Assembly: GCA_963804995.1 (NCBI GenBank)
Contig: CAWDSK010000003.1
Span: forward strand, 1-64,000
Direction: 5' to 3'
Length of the DNA stretch: 64,000 nt
DNA from: an uncultured Acidobacteriota bacterium
GTDB lineage: Bacteria; Acidobacteriota; Terriglobia; UBA7540
Part shown: in pieces, positions 61,819-64,000 of the stretch
How the letters are laid out: every line of letters starts with the position of its first letter
How positions within the stretch are numbered: position 1 is the stretch's first letter
Made by a program: the position numbers and the translations under genes
The notes under the pieces: generated by a model
Told to the model about the DNA's origin: nothing
Database searches by the model: none
The model's input: only the letters and a program-made list of their open reading frames with translations

Positions 61819-62874
61819 TCAATTGGAACTGAGAAGCCGGCTACACAGATGGGCCACGTAATCGACCGTGCTGATGGCACGATCGTATTCCATGCGCGTG
61901 GGCCCCACAACACCCAGCGCCCCCACCGCGCGGTTGCGATAGTGTAGCGGCGCGACCACCAGCGTGCAATGCTGCATCTGGGTTTCGGAGTTCTCGCGTC
62001 CGATCAAGATACGCACACCCGATTCCGGGGTTTGCAGGCAGGCGGCCAGAATCCGCGCCAGATTGGTTTTTTCCTCCAGGGTCTTCACTAGCTGCTTGAT
62101 CCTCTGCACATCCTCAAATTCCCGGCGCTCCAGGATCTTGGCCGTACCGTCCACGAATAGCTGTCCGGCCTCTTCTTCGGAAAGGGCGCCCCACATGAAG
62201 AGCGTGGCAACATTTTTGAGCAGGCGGTCGCAGAGCATTTTGTCGGCCTCAATACGGTTGAAAACTTCGAGGCGAATGGTGCCGAGGGACCATCCACGGA
62301 ACTCCGCATTGAGGAAATTCGCGGCCTGGTCAAGCTCCTCCTGGGTGAACTCGTCCTCTAGGCGCACCACGCGGTTCTCAACGATATCGGGTTTTGAGAC
62401 AATCACCACCAGCACGCGGCGGTCGGGGAGGTTGACGAACTTGATGTGCTCAAGCAGCTTCTCTTCCAGTGCCGGCGCCAGGACGAGCCCGACGTTGCTG
62501 GAAATCTCAGAAAGGGTCCGGGAGGCGGTCACCATCAGCCGCTCCAGCCGGTCCGCGTCGGGTGTGAGGGCCTGGTCGATGTACCTTTCAGTGTCCGGGG
62601 CCAGGCGCGCGCCCGCCACCACGCGGTCGACATAAAAACGATAGGCTCTTTCCGTGGGAATACGCCCGGCGGAAACGTGCGGCTGCTCGAGAAAACCGCT
62701 CTCTTCCAACATCGCCAGAACATTGCGGATGGTCGCCGAACTGAGGGGCTCCGGCAACGTCGCCGCCAGAGCCTTGGAGCCTACAGGCAGACCACTCCCG
62801 ATAAACTGGCGAATCAAGGCCACCAGGATTTCGCGGTCCCGCTTGGGGAGATCATTCTGGCTCGGCATTTCCAT
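61819..62874 (-). CDS. hrcA: Heat-inducible transcription repressor HrcA
   Basis: PVGSKAL, SSATIRN, QPHVSAGRIPT, GVVGPTRMEY. Confidence 0.96.
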   Translation of the reverse strand: MEMPSQNDLPKRDREILVALIRQFIGSGLPVGSKALAATLPEPLSSATIRNVLAMLEESGFLEQPHVSAGRIPTERAYRFYVDRVVAGARLAPDTERYIDQALTPDADRLERLMVTASRTLSEISSNVGLVLAPALEEKLLEHIKFVNLPDRRVLVVIVSKPDIVENRVVRLEDEFTQEELDQAANFLNAEFRGWSLGTIRLEVFNRIEADKMLCDRLLKNVATLFMWGALSEEEAGQLFVDGTAKILERREFEDVQRIKQLVKTLEEKTNLARILAACLQTPESGVRILIGRENSETQMQHCTLVVAPLHYRNRAVGALGVVGPTRMEYDRAISTVDYVAHLCSRLLSSN

Positions 62875-63469
62875 CCTAACCGACAAGAGTGCAGAGAGCG
62901 TGAGGTTACAACACCTCAACCTATTCTAACGAGGCATGTAGAGGGTGTCAAGATTGGACAGGGATAGGTAGTGGTCATTTTGTGTCGCGAGCGGCGATTT
63001 TACCTCAATATATTCAGTGCGAATTTTGGCTTTTTCCTGATGGGGAGGGCGGAAATTTGCTTTACAACCCTAACTAAAGGGCTCAAGCCCGTAAAAGGGC
63101 ACACACCCCAGGTAATGCCGGGAAACGCCAAAATGTCAGGTTTGGCCGCGCTAATAAGTTTGTTTTGTTTCGCATAGAAAGAACCCTCATGGCAGGAATT
63201 CCTTGACAACCAATTTACTTTCTGTAACATCCACATTCTGATGGATGAATATTGCGGGCGGAGGGTAGCGCGGAGCTCATGAAGCGCGTGGGACGTCCTT
63301 GCCGGGGATGATGGACAATTTGGCGTGTAAGTGGTCTCTCAGCAATTTCTGATGTCCCCCTTACCCTTTCTGGCCTTTTGTTGTTCATGCGTCGGCGGAT
63401 AGCAGACCGCAAGGTCTACGGGTCAATCAACCATCAAATAGGAGGCAGGAAACCGGCTTCAAGGAATTC

Positions 63470-64000
63470 CGTGCCAACGGGTTCATGGTGAATGGCGGCA
63501 ACGTCCAGGAAGATGTTCAGATGGGCACGGCGATCATCGGTAGTGGTGTCATTTGGAAGTGCCACGGCCAAGACCCCGATGGATCGGGGCAGGTCGGCCG
63601 TGCCACACCAAATGACACCACTACCCGATCATCCCCAACCTTGACTCCATTGCGGAATTCCGCATCCTGACCAACAATGCGGATGCCGAATACGGGAATT
63701 TCGCGGGAGGGCTGGTGAACGCCATCACCAAATCGGGCACCAACCAATTCCACGGCGATGTCTTCGAGTTCCTGCGGAATTCGGACCTGGATGCTCGAAA
63801 CTTCTTCTCCCCCTCGCGCCGCAATACCAAGGTGTCCCCAGCACCGGTTTCAACAGCTTCAACATTGGGATTCCTGGATATTTTGCCACGCAAACCAACA
63901 ACACCTATCAGGGGTTAGACAATTTCTCCCTGGTGAGGGGAACACACACCCTGAAATTCGGCGGCCAAATACACTATGACCTGGTGACCTACCACCAGGA
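63470..64000 (+). pseudogene. TonB-dependent receptor (Oar/acidobacterial type) fragment, MITE-interrupted and internally deleted
   Basis: NGFMVNGGNVQEDVQMGTAII | PNLDSIAEFRILTNNADAEYG...ITKSGTNQFHGDVFEFLRN; later DNFSLVRGTHTLKFGG in another frame; N-terminus missing. Confidence 0.85.
63539..63625. mobile_element. MITE (copy 3), perfect 18-bp TIR, 8-bp target duplication
   Basis: GGTAGTGGTGTCATTTGG / CCAAATGACACCACTACC; CGATCATC at 63531-63538 and 63626-63633. Confidence 0.92.

Noticed and set aside
62967..62983. GGTAGTGGTCATTTTG as a fourth MITE
   Set aside because: Spacing is off by one and there is no partner end or target duplication; at most a solo end.

Overview
GC-rich bacterial chromosome segment whose gene content and protein style suggest Acidobacteriota (inference). 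It is mostly housekeeping genes: recN, tolQRA-tolB-pal-cpoB, ssb, two ECF sigma/anti-sigma pairs, guaA, leuS, nfo, plsC, dapF, mtnP, mce/meaB, ltaE, hemW, class II aldolase, bshC, carAB, lepB, dnaJ-grpE-hrcA. Mobile DNA: an IS3-family element and a decayed phage-type replication module at the left end, an ISKra4-family IS with a 9-bp target duplication inside the tol-pal operon, and many REP-like palindromes. The strongest signals are non-coding. (1) A 758-nt group II intron that has lost its RT ORF sits inside the CTA|CA end of a REP doublet, and an intron-free sister of that REP is 2.3 kb away. (2) Three ~90-110 bp MITEs share GGTAGTG-N6-TTTG termini, two have 8-bp target duplications, and each carries a different REP-type palindrome. 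(3) A ~390-nt multi-helix candidate ncRNA lies between pal and cpoB. (4) Frameshifts in conserved genes repeatedly fall on TCGA, probably sequencing errors caused by a DNA modification at that motif. All family assignments come from motif recognition by eye; no searches were run.
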